A stretch of DNA of 64,000 bases. Origin: Bacteroidales bacterium (GTDB taxonomy: Bacteria; Bacteroidota; Bacteroidia; Bacteroidales; UBA12077). Positions 1 through 9,696 of this stretch are shown piece by piece (position 1 is the first letter of the stretch; every line of letters starts with the position of its first letter). The notes below the pieces were generated by a model. It made no database searches, was not told where the DNA came from, and saw only the letters and a list, made by a program, of their open reading frames with translations. Made by a program: the position numbers and the translations under genes. The stretch covers positions 1 through 64,000 of the forward strand of contig JANQHR010000052.1 in assembly GCA_028282585.1 (NCBI GenBank), written 5' to 3'.

Positions 1-122
1 TAATCACAAAAGGCTGTTACACAGAGAATCACAAAGAAGACACAAAGTTACTCAAAGTAAAAAATACGAACAAGATTTAACTATTGTACTTTTTGGACAC
101 CCCCACTTTATTATTTTCTAGT

Positions 123-335
123 TTAGTTCGTAAAGAAGTCGATAACATTGCCGAACTTATTACTTGAAGTTTTATATAGCTCAGTATACTGGCATCTGGA
201 ACAACTAACGGTTGTAAATTTTACGTTCTGAATATTAAATAATTTCATCATAAAACTACCTGTTGTTCTAATCTCAGCGATTTCATAATTTTTACCTTTA
301 CATTTTGGGCAAGTATATTTATAAATCTTATTCAT
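123..335 (-). CDS. Small zinc-ribbon protein (DUF2082-like)
   Basis: CPKC...CSRCQYTELY, two CxxC pairs, 70 aa. Confidence 0.75.
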   Translation of the reverse strand: MNKIYKYTCPKCKGKNYEIAEIRTTGSFMMKLFNIQNVKFTTVSCSRCQYTELYKTSSNKFGNVIDFFTN

Positions 336-346
336 AACGGTATTTT

Positions 347-937
347 TTAATTAAACTTTTCTTTAAGAATTACAGCAAGATTAAAAGCAGCATCTATCAT
401 TTCTTTTTCCAGCATCCATTCCATAGTTATGAATAACGACAAAAAGTTCTTTCCTTTTAGTTCTTCCGGGAATTTTGGATTAATTTCATTAAAACCAATA
501 TGTAATCCGCAATTTCTTTTCATAAACTTTAAAACTTCCATTTGAACTTTAGCATTTCCAAAAATCTTATGAGTTTTGAAGCTATTATTGGTTACAATGT
601 TAATCTTAGAATCAAAACTGCTACTACCTGTTTTAAATCTTTTCCTGTTCTTTCTGAAATTTATCTTATCAAGTGGATTTCTATTCTTTATCAATAAATT
701 ATAGTTAGCTGAACTATTAATTGGGAAAAATATACCACTATAAATCTTGTATTTGTCTATATTAACCCTTTGGGCAGATATAAAATAAGAGCCTGAAATC
801 CCTGGATTTTTAATAATTACATACCTTTCATTATGGCCTACACGAAAATGACGCTGATTTTCAGTAACTTGTATATCCCAACCTGCTCTTTTTGCAATGT
901 TATTTAGTATTTCAACAGATGATAAACTTTTTTCCAT
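347..937 (-). CDS. Hypothetical protein
   Basis: 196-aa ORF tightly packed in a minus-strand operon. Confidence 0.6.
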   Translation of the reverse strand: MEKSLSSVEILNNIAKRAGWDIQVTENQRHFRVGHNERYVIIKNPGISGSYFISAQRVNIDKYKIYSGIFFPINSSANYNLLIKNRNPLDKINFRKNRKRFKTGSSSFDSKINIVTNNSFKTHKIFGNAKVQMEVLKFMKRNCGLHIGFNEINPKFPEELKGKNFLSLFITMEWMLEKEMIDAAFNLAVILKEKFN

Positions 938-942
938 TTCAA

Positions 943-1116
943 TTAGTTTTCATTTGAAGGATCTTGGCTTTTTAGTCTACCTGAATCTTTTAATGCCTTA
1001 GTAATAATCCATTCAAGTTGTCCATTGGTACTGCGAAACTCATCAGCAGCCCATTTTTCAAGCGCCCTCATTTTATCCTCATTCAATCTAAGTACAAAAG
1101 ATTTCTTTTTAGACAT
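943..1116 (-). CDS. Arc/ribbon-helix-helix DNA-binding protein (not in ORF track)
   Basis: Translated by hand: MSKKKSFVLRLNEDKMRALEKWAADEFRSTNGQLEWIITKALKDSGRLKSQDPSNEN*; directly downstream of the SPFH gene. Confidence 0.85.
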   Translation of the reverse strand: MSKKKSFVLRLNEDKMRALEKWAADEFRSTNGQLEWIITKALKDSGRLKSQDPSNEN

Positions 1117-1118
1117 AA

Positions 1119-2039
1119 TCAATGATTTAAAGTTCCTGTATTGACAACAGGTCTTGCCGATTCATCAGAACATAAAACTACCATTAAATTGCTTACCATA
1201 GCTGCTTTACTATCGTGATCCATTTCAATTATTTCTCTACCCGATAATTGTTGCAACGCAGTTTCAACCATTCCTACTGCTCCCTCAACAATTTTGTGCC
1301 TTGCTGCAACTACTGCTGTAGCCTGTTGTCTTCTAAGCATTGCACTGGCAATTTCTTCTGCATATGCAATGTAATTAATTCTAGCTTCAATAACGTGAAT
1401 TCCGGCAATTTCCAATCGCTCTATAATTTCCTTTTCTAACTCCTCATTAACTTCTTCAACTCCCGATCTTAGTGTTACTTCAACCTCCCCACCTGCCGAA
1501 CCTACCTTTTCAGCAGACAATCGGACAGGTTCGTCTTCAAAGTTATCATATGGATATTTGCCCGCTAACTTTCTTAGTGCAGCTTCGCTTTGTACAACTA
1601 CAAAATGTTCATACTCATCAACTTCGAAAGCAGCTTTAAAAGTTTCTTCTACCTTCCATACAAGAACAAGACCAATTTTTATAGGATTACCCAATTTATC
1701 GTTTACTTTTATTGGCTCGCTATCGAAGTTTCGAGCTCTTAACGAAATCTTTTTTCGTGTAAAAAAAGGATTTACCCAGAAAAAACCATTTGTTTTAATT
1801 GTTCCTTTATAAGCGCCAAATAAAACAAGTACTGCAGATTCATTTGGATTTACAATAATAAATCCTATCATCATGAATATGCTTATTACAAGTGTTGCAA
1901 TTAGCCATAAATTGTGTAAAACAATCAATCCTGCAATACTACCAAATAAGACTACCAGATCAAGAAATAACATAAAAAAACCTGAAGCGGCCGAAAATAC
2001 TTTCTCATTTTTCATATTCTTAAAATTTAAATTAAACAT
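1119..2039 (-). CDS. SPFH/band-7 domain membrane protein (likely start 2015)
   Basis: Two N-terminal TM helices, KVNDKLGNPI, AYAEEIASAMLRRQQA, SNLMVVLC. Confidence 0.9.
   Translation of the reverse strand: MFNLNFKNMKNEKVFSAASGFFMLFLDLVVLFGSIAGLIVLHNLWLIATLVISIFMMIGFIIVNPNESAVLVLFGAYKGTIKTNGFFWVNPFFTRKKISLRARNFDSEPIKVNDKLGNPIKIGLVLVWKVEETFKAAFEVDEYEHFVVVQSEAALRKLAGKYPYDNFEDEPVRLSAEKVGSAGGEVEVTLRSGVEEVNEELEKEIIERLEIAGIHVIEARINYIAYAEEIASAMLRRQQATAVVAARHKIVEGAVGMVETALQQLSGREIIEMDHDSKAAMVSNLMVVLCSDESARPVVNTGTLNH
1488..1529. repeat. GC-rich REP-like element, apparently inserted in frame in the SPFH gene
   Basis: Minus strand CCTGTCCGATTGTCTGCTGAAAAGGTAGGTTCGGCAGGTGGG (42 bp) encodes PVRLSAEKVGSAGG. 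Confidence 0.55.
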
Positions 2040-2057
2040 GATATTATTTTGATATCA
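2039..2057. promoter_or_regulatory. Candidate operator of the Arc-family repressor
   Basis: TGATATTA-TTT-TGATATCA: tandem, near-palindromic boxes just upstream of the SPFH-Arc operon. Confidence 0.5.
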
Positions 2058-2102
2058 CAATAATACTAATTTAAATTATCAAAGCCAACTTTTTTAATAA
2101 AA

Positions 2103-2132
2103 AAAGAGATGATATGATCATATCATCTCTTT
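2103..2132 (-). terminator. Perfect 30-bp palindrome, probable terminator
   Basis: AAAGAGATGATATGA|TCATATCATCTCTTT, followed by a T-run on the minus strand. Confidence 0.65.
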
Positions 2133-2151
2133 ATATTTTCTATTACTGAAC

Positions 2152-2340
2152 CTAAGAATAGTTTTTTGCAAAATCAATTAATTGATCAACTATTCTATCC
2201 GGTACCTTTTTAGTGTTCTTTTCAAGGAAGTTGAAAATGCCATTAAAATCCTTTAAATCATTGTCATAAAAGCTGTCATTTATAAGCTCACTTTCATCGA
2301 AATTACTAAAAAGATAAATTAGAGTAGACGTTTTTCCCAT
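2152..2340 (-). CDS. Small hypothetical protein downstream of the ECF sigma factor
   Basis: 62-aa ORF co-oriented with the sigma factor gene. Confidence 0.5.
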   Translation of the reverse strand: MGKTSTLIYLFSNFDESELINDSFYDNDLKDFNGIFNFLEKNTKKVPDRIVDQLIDFAKNYS

Positions 2341-2417
2341 AGGCTTAGTTTAGTTATTTTCTTTAAGAACGCTATGGGAAAATCTTTATTATATAAAATG
2401 TACTTTTTTAATTATAA

Positions 2418-3008
2418 TTAAGTTAACAACAAACTTAAATTTTTCTTTTCGACCAACTTACGCAAGTTAATTAATGCATATCTCATTCTTCCCAATGCAG
2501 TATTTATACTAACATTAGTTTGATCTGCAATTTCTTTAAAGCTCAATCCCATAAAATGTCTTAAAACAATTACTTCCTTTTGCTCATCAGGTAAATGCTC
2601 AACTAGCGCCCTTACATCGGTCATTATCTGATTGTGTATTATATTTTCCTCAATTGTTTTATCAGAAAATTTGGATGAATTGAATATGTCCATTTCATAA
2701 TCATCATTCGAACAAGTCTTCATTTGCTTGTCTTTTCTAAAATGGTCAATAATTAAATTATGTGCAATTCGAATTACCCATGAAATGAATTTACCATTCT
2801 CCTGATACCTGCCTGAGTTTAAGGACTTAACTACTTTAATAAAAGTTTCCTGGAAGATATCCTGAGCGAGGTGCTCATTTTTTACCATTAGTAAGATATA
2901 GGTATAAACCTTATCTTTGTGTCGTTTAATTAGGATTTCGAAACTCGATTGTTCACCATCAATAAACCTTTTTACTAGTTCATGATCGGTAAGTTTTGAT
3001 TTTTTCAA
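2418..3008 (-). CDS. ECF-type RNA polymerase sigma-70 factor
   Basis: DIFQETFIK, SWVIRIAHNLIIDHFRK (region 2); LSFKEIA...SINTALGRMRYA (region 4). Confidence 0.95.
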   Translation of the reverse strand: MKKSKLTDHELVKRFIDGEQSSFEILIKRHKDKVYTYILLMVKNEHLAQDIFQETFIKVVKSLNSGRYQENGKFISWVIRIAHNLIIDHFRKDKQMKTCSNDDYEMDIFNSSKFSDKTIEENIIHNQIMTDVRALVEHLPDEQKEVIVLRHFMGLSFKEIADQTNVSINTALGRMRYALINLRKLVEKKNLSLLLT

Positions 3009-3185
3009 AACAACCTCCTTTTTTTAGATTTTGTAAAAAGGTAAAAGTCTATTCGATAAACAGTCCTCCGAGTTTTAGGTTAGAAATTTATTAGTAATTT
3101 TAGTGCAATTTAAATAAAAAATATTTTTATATCAAAACCAATTAAGTTTTGTTAACATTCTTTAAGAGTATCATTTTCAATATTT

Positions 3186-5984
3186 ATGCCAAACAAAGAA
3201 CAATTTATTCAGATAAAAGGTGCAAAAGTCCACAATTTAAAGAACATCAGCATTAACATAGCCCGCAACAAACTTGTTGTTATAACCGGTGTATCGGGCT
3301 CGGGGAAATCATCCCTGGCGTTTGATACCATTTACGCAGAAGGCCAAAGAAGATACGTAGAAAGCTTATCGTCTTATGCTCGACAATTTCTGGGTAAAAT
3401 AAACAAACCGGATGTTGAATTTATCCATGGTATACCGCCCGCTATTGCCATTGAACAAAAAGTTAATACAAGAAACCCACGATCTACCGTTGGTACTTCT
3501 ACCGAAGTTTACGACTATTTGAAACTTTTGTTTGCCCGAATTGGAAAAACATATTCTCCTATCTCAAATAAAATTGTAAAGAGACACTTAGTAACTGATG
3601 TTGTAAACTACATTATAAACTATCCTGAAAAAACTAAAATGTTAATTCTTTCTCCTTTTGAAAAGAAGAATGGTAAATCTTTTGGCGAATATTTAGAACA
3701 ACTTCAAAACGCAGGTGTTTCAAGAATTGAACAGAACTTTAATATCTTTAAAATATCAGAATTATTTCAAGACCAATCTCCTGTAAATGAGAAAGAAGCG
3801 ATTAATTTAGTTGTTGATCGTATCAGTGTTTCAAACAATGAAGATTCATTAAGCCGATTTGCAGATTCAGTTCAAACTGCCTTTTCTGAAAGTAATGGCT
3901 ACTGTATAATAAAGGTATTTGATGATAAGAAAACGTCTGAAAAATTTTCTAATAAATTTGAAGCAGATGGAATTGAATTTGAAGAGCCAAATGTTCATAC
4001 ATTTAGTTTTAATAATCCTATGGGTGCATGTCCGCGTTGCGAAGGATATGGTAAAATAATTGGTATTGATGAAGATCTAGTAGTTCCAAATAAAGGTTTA
4101 TCAATTTACGAAGAAGCTATTGCTTGCTGGAGAGGAGAAAAAATGCAAGAATGGAAAAATCGATTGGTATATAATGCTGATAAATTTAACTTTCCGATAC
4201 ATAAACCATATTTCGATTTAACCAATGAACAAAAGCAATTGCTTTGGACCGGAAATAAATATTTCTGGGGGTTAAATGCCTTTTTTGAGCATCTCGAAGA
4301 AAAGAAATATAAAATTCAGTATCGAGTTATGTTGTCCAGATATCGGGGGAAAACAACCTGTCCGGATTGTAGAGGAACCCGGTTAAAGAAAGAAGCATCT
4401 TATGTTAAAATAGGAAAAAAATCATTACAAGATTTGGTATTACTGCCAATTGATGAGCTACAAGGATTTTTCAAAAAGCTTAAACTGACTGATTACGAAA
4501 AAGATGTTTCAAAACGAATTCTGATTGAAATAAATAGCCGTTTAGATTTTTTAATGAATGTTGGATTAGGTTATTTAACTTTAAATCGTTTATCTTCTAC
4601 TCTATCCGGAGGAGAATCCCAAAGAATCAACTTAGCAACTTCATTAGGAAGTAGTTTGGTAGGGTCGTTATATATTCTGGATGAACCAAGTATTGGACTC
4701 CACCCCAGAGACAATGATCGATTGATAAAAGTTTTAAAACAACTTCAAAATATTGGTAATACCGTAATTGTTGTTGAACATGATGAAGATATAATCAGAT
4801 CAGCTGATGAAATTATTGATATTGGCCCTTTTGCTGGCCGCTTAGGTGGTGAAATAATTTTTCAAGGTGATAAAAATCAAATTATTGAAAGCAATAATAG
4901 CCTAACGGCAAAGTATTTAACCGGAAAGGAAATAATTTCAATTCCAAAACAACGAAGAAAATGGAATAATTATATTGAATTGTTAGGTGCAAGAGAAAAC
5001 AACTTAAAAAATGTAAATGTTAAATTTCCTCTTAACGTTTTAACTGTAATAACAGGAGTTAGTGGTTCAGGTAAATCATCATTGGTTAAAAATATACTCT
5101 CTCCTGCTTTAAGTAAAATTTTATTAGGTACAGGCGAAAAAACAGGCAAATACGATAAACTTAATGGTGATATAAATGGTTTAAATAGCATTGAATTTGT
5201 TGATCAAAATCCAATAGGCAAATCTTCGCGTTCAAATCCTGTAACATACCTTAAAGCATATGATGAAATAAGAAAACTTTATGCTGCCCAACAATTATCT
5301 AAAATAAATAATTTTAAAGCGTCGCATTATTCTTTTAATATAGATGGAGGTCGATGTGAAGAGTGCCAGGGTGAAGGAGTTATTAAAGTAGAAATGCAAT
5401 TTATGGCTGATGTTACGTTGATATGTGATCATTGCCACGGAAGAAGGTTCAAGGACGAGATTTTAGAGGTAAAGTATCGCAAAAAGAATATTTATGATGT
5501 TCTTGAAATGACTGTAAATGAAGCTATCGAATTTTTTAGTGAAGGTAAAGGGTCAACAGAAAAAAGAATTGTTGATAAACTTTCTCCATTAGCTGAAGTG
5601 GGATTAGGTTATATTAAACTTGGACAATCGTCCAGTACACTAAGTGGTGGGGAAAGCCAGCGAGTAAAGCTTGCATCTTTCCTAAGTAAGGAGAATGCGA
5701 AACAATCTACTTTATTTATTTTTGATGAGCCAACCACAGGTCTGCACTTCCATGATATAAAAAAGCTCTTGGAAGCATTTAATGCTTTAATTGCAAGAGG
5801 CAATTCCGTTTTAATTATAGAACATAATCTTGAGGTTATTAAGTCTGCTGATTGGATCATTGATCTCGGCCCTGAAGGAGGAAAACAAGGTGGAAAAATT
5901 GTTTTCGAAGGAACTCCGGAAGAATTAATTAAAGTTAAAGAATCTTATACAGGGCAATATTTAATTGAAAAATTAAGAAGCTAA
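3186..5984 (+). CDS. uvrA: Excinuclease ABC subunit A
   Basis: Two [10 protein letters not shown] Walker A motifs, LSGGESQR signatures, Zn fingers, [10 protein letters not shown]-terminus. Confidence 0.97.
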   Translation: MPNKEQFIQIKGAKVHNLKNISINIARNKLVVITGVSGSGKSSLAFDTIYAEGQRRYVESLSSYARQFLGKINKPDVEFIHGIPPAIAIEQKVNTRNPRSTVGTSTEVYDYLKLLFARIGKTYSPISNKIVKRHLVTDVVNYIINYPEKTKMLILSPFEKKNGKSFGEYLEQLQNAGVSRIEQNFNIFKISELFQDQSPVNEKEAINLVVDRISVSNNEDSLSRFADSVQTAFSESNGYCIIKVFDDKKTSEKFSNKFEADGIEFEEPNVHTFSFNNPMGACPRCEGYGKIIGIDEDLVVPNKGLSIYEEAIACWRGEKMQEWKNRLVYNADKFNFPIHKPYFDLTNEQKQLLWTGNKYFWGLNAFFEHLEEKKYKIQYRVMLSRYRGKTTCPDCRGTRLKKEASYVKIGKKSLQDLVLLPIDELQGFFKKLKLTDYEKDVSKRILIEINSRLDFLMNVGLGYLTLNRLSSTLSGGESQRINLATSLGSSLVGSLYILDEPSIGLHPRDNDRLIKVLKQLQNIGNTVIVVEHDEDIIRSADEIIDIGPFAGRLGGEIIFQGDKNQIIESNNSLTAKYLTGKEIISIPKQRRKWNNYIELLGARENNLKNVNVKFPLNVLTVITGVSGSGKSSLVKNILSPALSKILLGTGEKTGKYDKLNGDINGLNSIEFVDQNPIGKSSRSNPVTYLKAYDEIRKLYAAQQLSKINNFKASHYSFNIDGGRCEECQGEGVIKVEMQFMADVTLICDHCHGRRFKDEILEVKYRKKNIYDVLEMTVNEAIEFFSEGKGSTEKRIVDKLSPLAEVGLGYIKLGQSSSTLSGGESQRVKLASFLSKENAKQSTLFIFDEPTTGLHFHDIKKLLEAFNALIARGNSVLIIEHNLEVIKSADWIIDLGPEGGKQGGKIVFEGTPEELIKVKESYTGQYLIEKLRS

Positions 5985-6135
5985 GGTTGTTATCAGGTTT
6001 TATCTGCAATATTTTAATAAAGTTTGTAATAAGATTTATATAACCGATATACGTGCTGTAAATAAAAATACCACATTTATATATATAATTAGCACAAAAT
6101 CTGTGTATTTTTGATATATTTGTTATAATGACAAG
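5878..6135 (+). repeat. Copy 1 of a ~255-bp direct repeat (uvrA 3' end plus downstream region)
   Basis: Aligns to 7871-8124; the last 42 bp are identical. Confidence 0.92.
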
Positions 6136-6141
6136 TTGCAG
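6094..6141 (+). promoter_or_regulatory. Candidate array promoter and attI-like entry site
   Basis: TATTTTTG (6106) and TATATTTG (6115) match the Bacteroidota -7 element TAnnTTTG; G|TT follows at 6135, where the two repeat copies diverge. Confidence 0.55.
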
Positions 6142-6326
6142 TGCGTTCCCCGCATGTGCACTTACAGGATAGATGCAAAATTAAAAAATCTATCCTTCCA
6201 GACCTAACTAATTTCTGTTGCTAGCAGAAAAGCGGGTAGCCAAAATGAATTAAAAATGATAAATTTTGACAAACATAAACAACAGATAATCAATAATATT
6301 GTTTTACATAGCGTTAATTCTGACAA

Positions 6327-6974
6327 ATGATAACAATTCAAATAAAAAGCTTTTTTAAAAAAGTATCTAGTATAAACTTAAAAACAATTAAAATGAAACA
6401 AGAATTTAGTTTAGTAACGATTGTGTTAGCATTATTATTTTTTGTGTCTTGCAATAATAACAATGTTAAACAAGAAACGCAGAATGTTGAAACTACACCA
6501 ACAGAAACAATCTCGGAACAGGAAGTTTTGGAAGCTCAGAAAATTTGGGGAGAGGGAATTGTTCGCATAGGTAAAGTGTATACAGAGGAAGGTGATTATA
6601 AGACCGAAGCGAAAAACCATATTGCTGATTTATACGGTTATAATTTAGGGCCAGTATTATTTAAGCCAACACTAGCGGCAGATAAGCAGTTCCGAACAAC
6701 AAAAGAAGGGGCACTTTCTTATTTTGTAGGACACGATGATAATTTCCCAGAAGACCACGGTTTTGCAATAAAGCCCTGGAGTGCTGTAAGATGGGAAAGT
6801 ATCGGGATAAAAACAGAGGGGAACATGGCTATTGCTATGGGAAATTATTTTTTCACACCTGCCGAAGGAGGTGAAGATGTTAAAGTTGAATATACTTTTG
6901 CTTATACTAAAGACGATAAAGGAGTATTGCGCATAATTATGCATGGTTCACACCTTCCATATTCTCCAAAATAA
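6327..6974 (+). CDS. COG4337-like (iota-class carbonic anhydrase / NTF2-like fold) lipoprotein (likely start 6393)
   Basis: Lipobox FVSC; VLFKPT, GALSYFVG, GFAIKPW, KVEYTF; C-terminal MHGSHLPY, a variant of HHSSxPY. Confidence 0.7.
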   Translation: MITIQIKSFFKKVSSINLKTIKMKQEFSLVTIVLALLFFVSCNNNNVKQETQNVETTPTETISEQEVLEAQKIWGEGIVRIGKVYTEEGDYKTEAKNHIADLYGYNLGPVLFKPTLAADKQFRTTKEGALSYFVGHDDNFPEDHGFAIKPWSAVRWESIGIKTEGNMAIAMGNYFFTPAEGGEDVKVEYTFAYTKDDKGVLRIIMHGSHLPYSPK

Positions 6975-7055
6975 GTTAATATTGATTTTTAAATCTATAT
7001 GTAAATTTCGATTATGTATTAAATTATATTTTCAAGGTGAAAAAATAAACTTCAC

Positions 7056-7186
7056 CACAACACTTTGTATAAGTAATGGCAGAAGATGGGGTAAATATTA
7101 AGCTTTGTATCCTGTTCAAACTGCTACCCAGTTTAACAAGAAAGTACTACACAATCTGCCATTACTCATACAATTTGCCGTTGTGC
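7056..7186 (+). repeat. Intact attC-like hairpin
   Basis: CACAAC..TTGTATAAGTAATGGCAGA / TCTGCCATTACTCATACAA..GTTGTG. Confidence 0.85.
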
Positions 7187-7215
7187 ACCATGTCAAAAAC
7201 CAATAAATCAATAAA

Positions 7216-7779
7216 ATGAATATTGAAATAAGACCTTTGACAAAAGATTTAAAAGACGATTATTTGTTTTTCTTTGATAATATGATTTTCAAAGAAAATC
7301 CTGATTGGTCAATTTGTTATTGTTACGACTATCACTTCGTTGGAGATGTAGCAAAATGTACTCGTGAATCTAATCGTTCTTCGGTAATAAATCTTATCAA
7401 TGAAAATAAGCTGACAGGTTATTTGGTCTTTGAAAATGATAAACCCATCGGATGGTGTAATGCAAATAACAGATTAAATTACCAAAGATTACTAAAAGAC
7501 TATGATTTGATTGATAATCCTGATGATAAAGTTTGTTCAATTGTTTGTTTTTTAATACATCCCGATTATAGAAGACAAGGGATTGCTCAAAAGATTCTTG
7601 AAAAAATTATTACGGATTATTCAAATAAGGACTATGATTATATTGAAGCGTATCCGAAAAAAGGAGAATTATCGTGCGAGAGAAATTTCAAAGGGCCTTT
7701 GGAATTATATAAAAGACATGATTTCAAGATAAATAAAGAGTATGATGATTATTATGTAATGAGAAAAAAATTAAAATAA
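7216..7779 (+). CDS. GNAT family N-acetyltransferase
   Basis: CFLIHPDYRRQGIA motif A, IEAYP. Confidence 0.9.
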   Translation: MNIEIRPLTKDLKDDYLFFFDNMIFKENPDWSICYCYDYHFVGDVAKCTRESNRSSVINLINENKLTGYLVFENDKPIGWCNANNRLNYQRLLKDYDLIDNPDDKVCSIVCFLIHPDYRRQGIAQKILEKIITDYSNKDYDYIEAYPKKGELSCERNFKGPLELYKRHDFKINKEYDDYYVMRKKLK

Positions 7780-7783
7780 TTAC

Positions 7784-7870
7784 GGTGCACACATTTTGGA
7801 TATTTCATAGCAGGTATGTAACGGCATGACACTTCCATCCCCCGGTCATGTCGCCCTACAGTTGACAGGA
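7784..7870 (+). repeat. Truncated attC-like element
   Basis: GGTGCACAC is complementary to GTTGTGCACC at 7180; the element is cut off by the uvrA-tail duplicate. Confidence 0.55.
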
Positions 7871-8124
7871 GAGGAAAACAAGGTGGAAAAATTGTTTTCG
7901 AAAGCACTCCGGAAGAATTAAAAAAGTTAAAGAATCCGATACAAGATATTATTTGATTGAAAAATTAAGAAGCTAAGATTGCTATAAGATTTTATCTGCA
8001 ATATTTAATAAAATTCGTAATAAGATTTATATAACCGAAATATGTGATTTATATAAAAATATTTCACTGATAACTGTTTACTACAAAATCTGTGTATTTT
8101 TGATATATTTGTTATAATGACAAG
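7871..8124 (+). repeat. Copy 2 of the uvrA-tail / attI-like direct repeat (coding part decayed)
   Basis: GAGGAAAACAAGGTGGAAAAATTGTTTTCG...AAAATTAAGAAGCTAAG...TTGTTATAATGACAAG. Confidence 0.92.
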
Positions 8125-8276
8125 CCGTATGCAAGCTGAAGAGCAAGGCCTACCAACATTAGTAAACTAATTTAAAAAAAGAAAATTAAACATCGTGACT
8201 CTCCAACAAGTCGGTGCTGAATTGATAAAATGGTATGGTAAATGATTGAAAATTAATATGAACTGAATGAACGCCA

Positions 8277-8478
8277 GCATACAACAATAAATATACCCAA
8301 TACTACGTTCAGAGGGTTAGGCAACGCTTGTAGCACTTGGGTTATACCGCCAAATCGTATCGATTTGACTATTTGATTAAAGGAAAATTTACAGTAAAAT
8401 CGGCACTCTTTGGTTCATCGCAAATTTGGAAGTATCTTACCTTTGATTGCGGCACTTGGCATATTCGAGACGTTAGGC
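8277..8478 (+). repeat. Long degenerate attC-like element
   Basis: Starts GCATACAAC and ends GTTAGGC just before the next gene. Confidence 0.6.
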
Positions 8479-8497
8479 ATTATTAAAAAGTGTAACA

Positions 8498-9475
8498 TTG
8501 AATAATAGAATTTATAATATGAGAGCAATTGAAAAAATAGAAAATAAGGATTTTAATTTAACAGATGTTGAGATTATCGAATTATTAAGTATAGATGCTT
8601 ATACTAATGACTTTTATAGGTTGTTATCAGTATCTAATGAATTAACAAGGAATAAATTTAAGAATAAAGGTTATGTCTTTACTCAAGTAGGAATTAATGC
8701 AGCACCCTGTTCAGTTAATTGTCGATTTTGTTCATTGGGTGCCGACCATTATTCAGTAGACTCAAAGTGGGAGAAGGATGTAGATACATTAATTAAGGAA
8801 TTAAAAGTATTAAATGAATATCATTTTGATGACTTTTTCCTAATGACAACAGCAGATTATTCTATCGATAAATACTTGGAAGTATCAAAACAGATAAAGC
8901 CTCTACTAAAAGAGAATCAAAAATTCATAGCCAATATTGGTGATTTTGACATTGAGATAGCCAAACGCTTAAAGTCTGTTGGCTTTACTGGTGTTTATCA
9001 TATTAACAGATTACGAGAAGGTCAAGACACGTTAGTCACTACTGAACAAAGAGAAAAAAGTATAGCTTCTGCTCAAGCTGTAGGCTTAGAAATTTACTAT
9101 TGTATAGAACCCATTGGCCCAGAACATAGTTATGAAGAATTACTTGAAGAAATTAAACGCGCACGTGATTTGAAGATTTCAGTAATGGCTGTAATGCGCA
9201 GAACTCCAGTTGTTGGCACTCCATTGAACGAATTAGGGCAAATTACTGCAATAGAAATGACTAAAATTGCCGCAGTAACAAATATTGTTGTCAATCCATC
9301 ACGCTCGATGAATGTTCATGAGCCTACACAGATGTCATTGCTTGCAGGAGTAAATCAACTTTATGCAGAACTTGGAGCAAACCCAAGAGATTGTAATAGT
9401 GAAACAGAAAAAAGTCGTGGCTTCACCCCGCTTAAAGCATGGGAAATGTTAAGGGAAGCTGGCTATAACAAGTAA
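8498..9475 (+). CDS. Radical SAM protein, biotin synthase-like superfamily (likely start 8519)
   Basis: CSVNCRFC (CxxxCxxC), YCIEPIGPEH, GANPRD. Confidence 0.85.
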   Translation: MNNRIYNMRAIEKIENKDFNLTDVEIIELLSIDAYTNDFYRLLSVSNELTRNKFKNKGYVFTQVGINAAPCSVNCRFCSLGADHYSVDSKWEKDVDTLIKELKVLNEYHFDDFFLMTTADYSIDKYLEVSKQIKPLLKENQKFIANIGDFDIEIAKRLKSVGFTGVYHINRLREGQDTLVTTEQREKSIASAQAVGLEIYYCIEPIGPEHSYEELLEEIKRARDLKISVMAVMRRTPVVGTPLNELGQITAIEMTKIAAVTNIVVNPSRSMNVHEPTQMSLLAGVNQLYAELGANPRDCNSETEKSRGFTPLKAWEMLREAGYNK

Positions 9476-9478
9476 AAC

Positions 9479-9534
9479 AATGGCTAACATTTTGTAAAAG
9501 TAATGGCAGAAGATGGGGTAAATATTAAGGTTTG
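9479..9534 (+). repeat. Left half of an attC-like element, nearly identical to the 7056 element
   Basis: AATGGCTAAC, then 43/46 identity of 9489-9534 to 7062-7107. Confidence 0.85.
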
Positions 9535-9575
9535 CCAGAACAGTCGCGATCCCCTATAAATCATCCGAACAGAAC

Positions 9576-9616
9576 CGACCGCAAGGTCGTGAAAGTTCGA
9601 ATCTTTTCCAGGGTAC
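9576..9616 (+). pseudogene. 3' half of a tRNA (Leu-type, long variable arm)
   Basis: GACC-GCAA-GGTC variable arm, GAAAG-TTCGAAT-CTTTT T-arm, CCAGGGTA acceptor strand; 5' half absent. Confidence 0.65.
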
Positions 9617-9618
9617 AA

Positions 9619-9659
9619 AAAAAAACTCCCGACTGATTTAATTCGGTTGGGAGTTTTTT
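9619..9659. terminator. Bidirectional intrinsic terminator
   Basis: AAAAAACTCCCGACTGA...TCGGTTGGGAGTTTTTT. Confidence 0.75.
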
Positions 9660-9696
9660 ATTTATTCATTTTTTTAGAACAAACTGGATAATGCAT

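Noticed and set aside
7871-7976. Second functional uvrA
   Set aside because: Only the last ~35 codons are present, with indels and substitutions.
9540-9616. Complete tRNA gene
   Set aside because: No D-arm, anticodon arm or 5' acceptor strand; only the 3' half is present.
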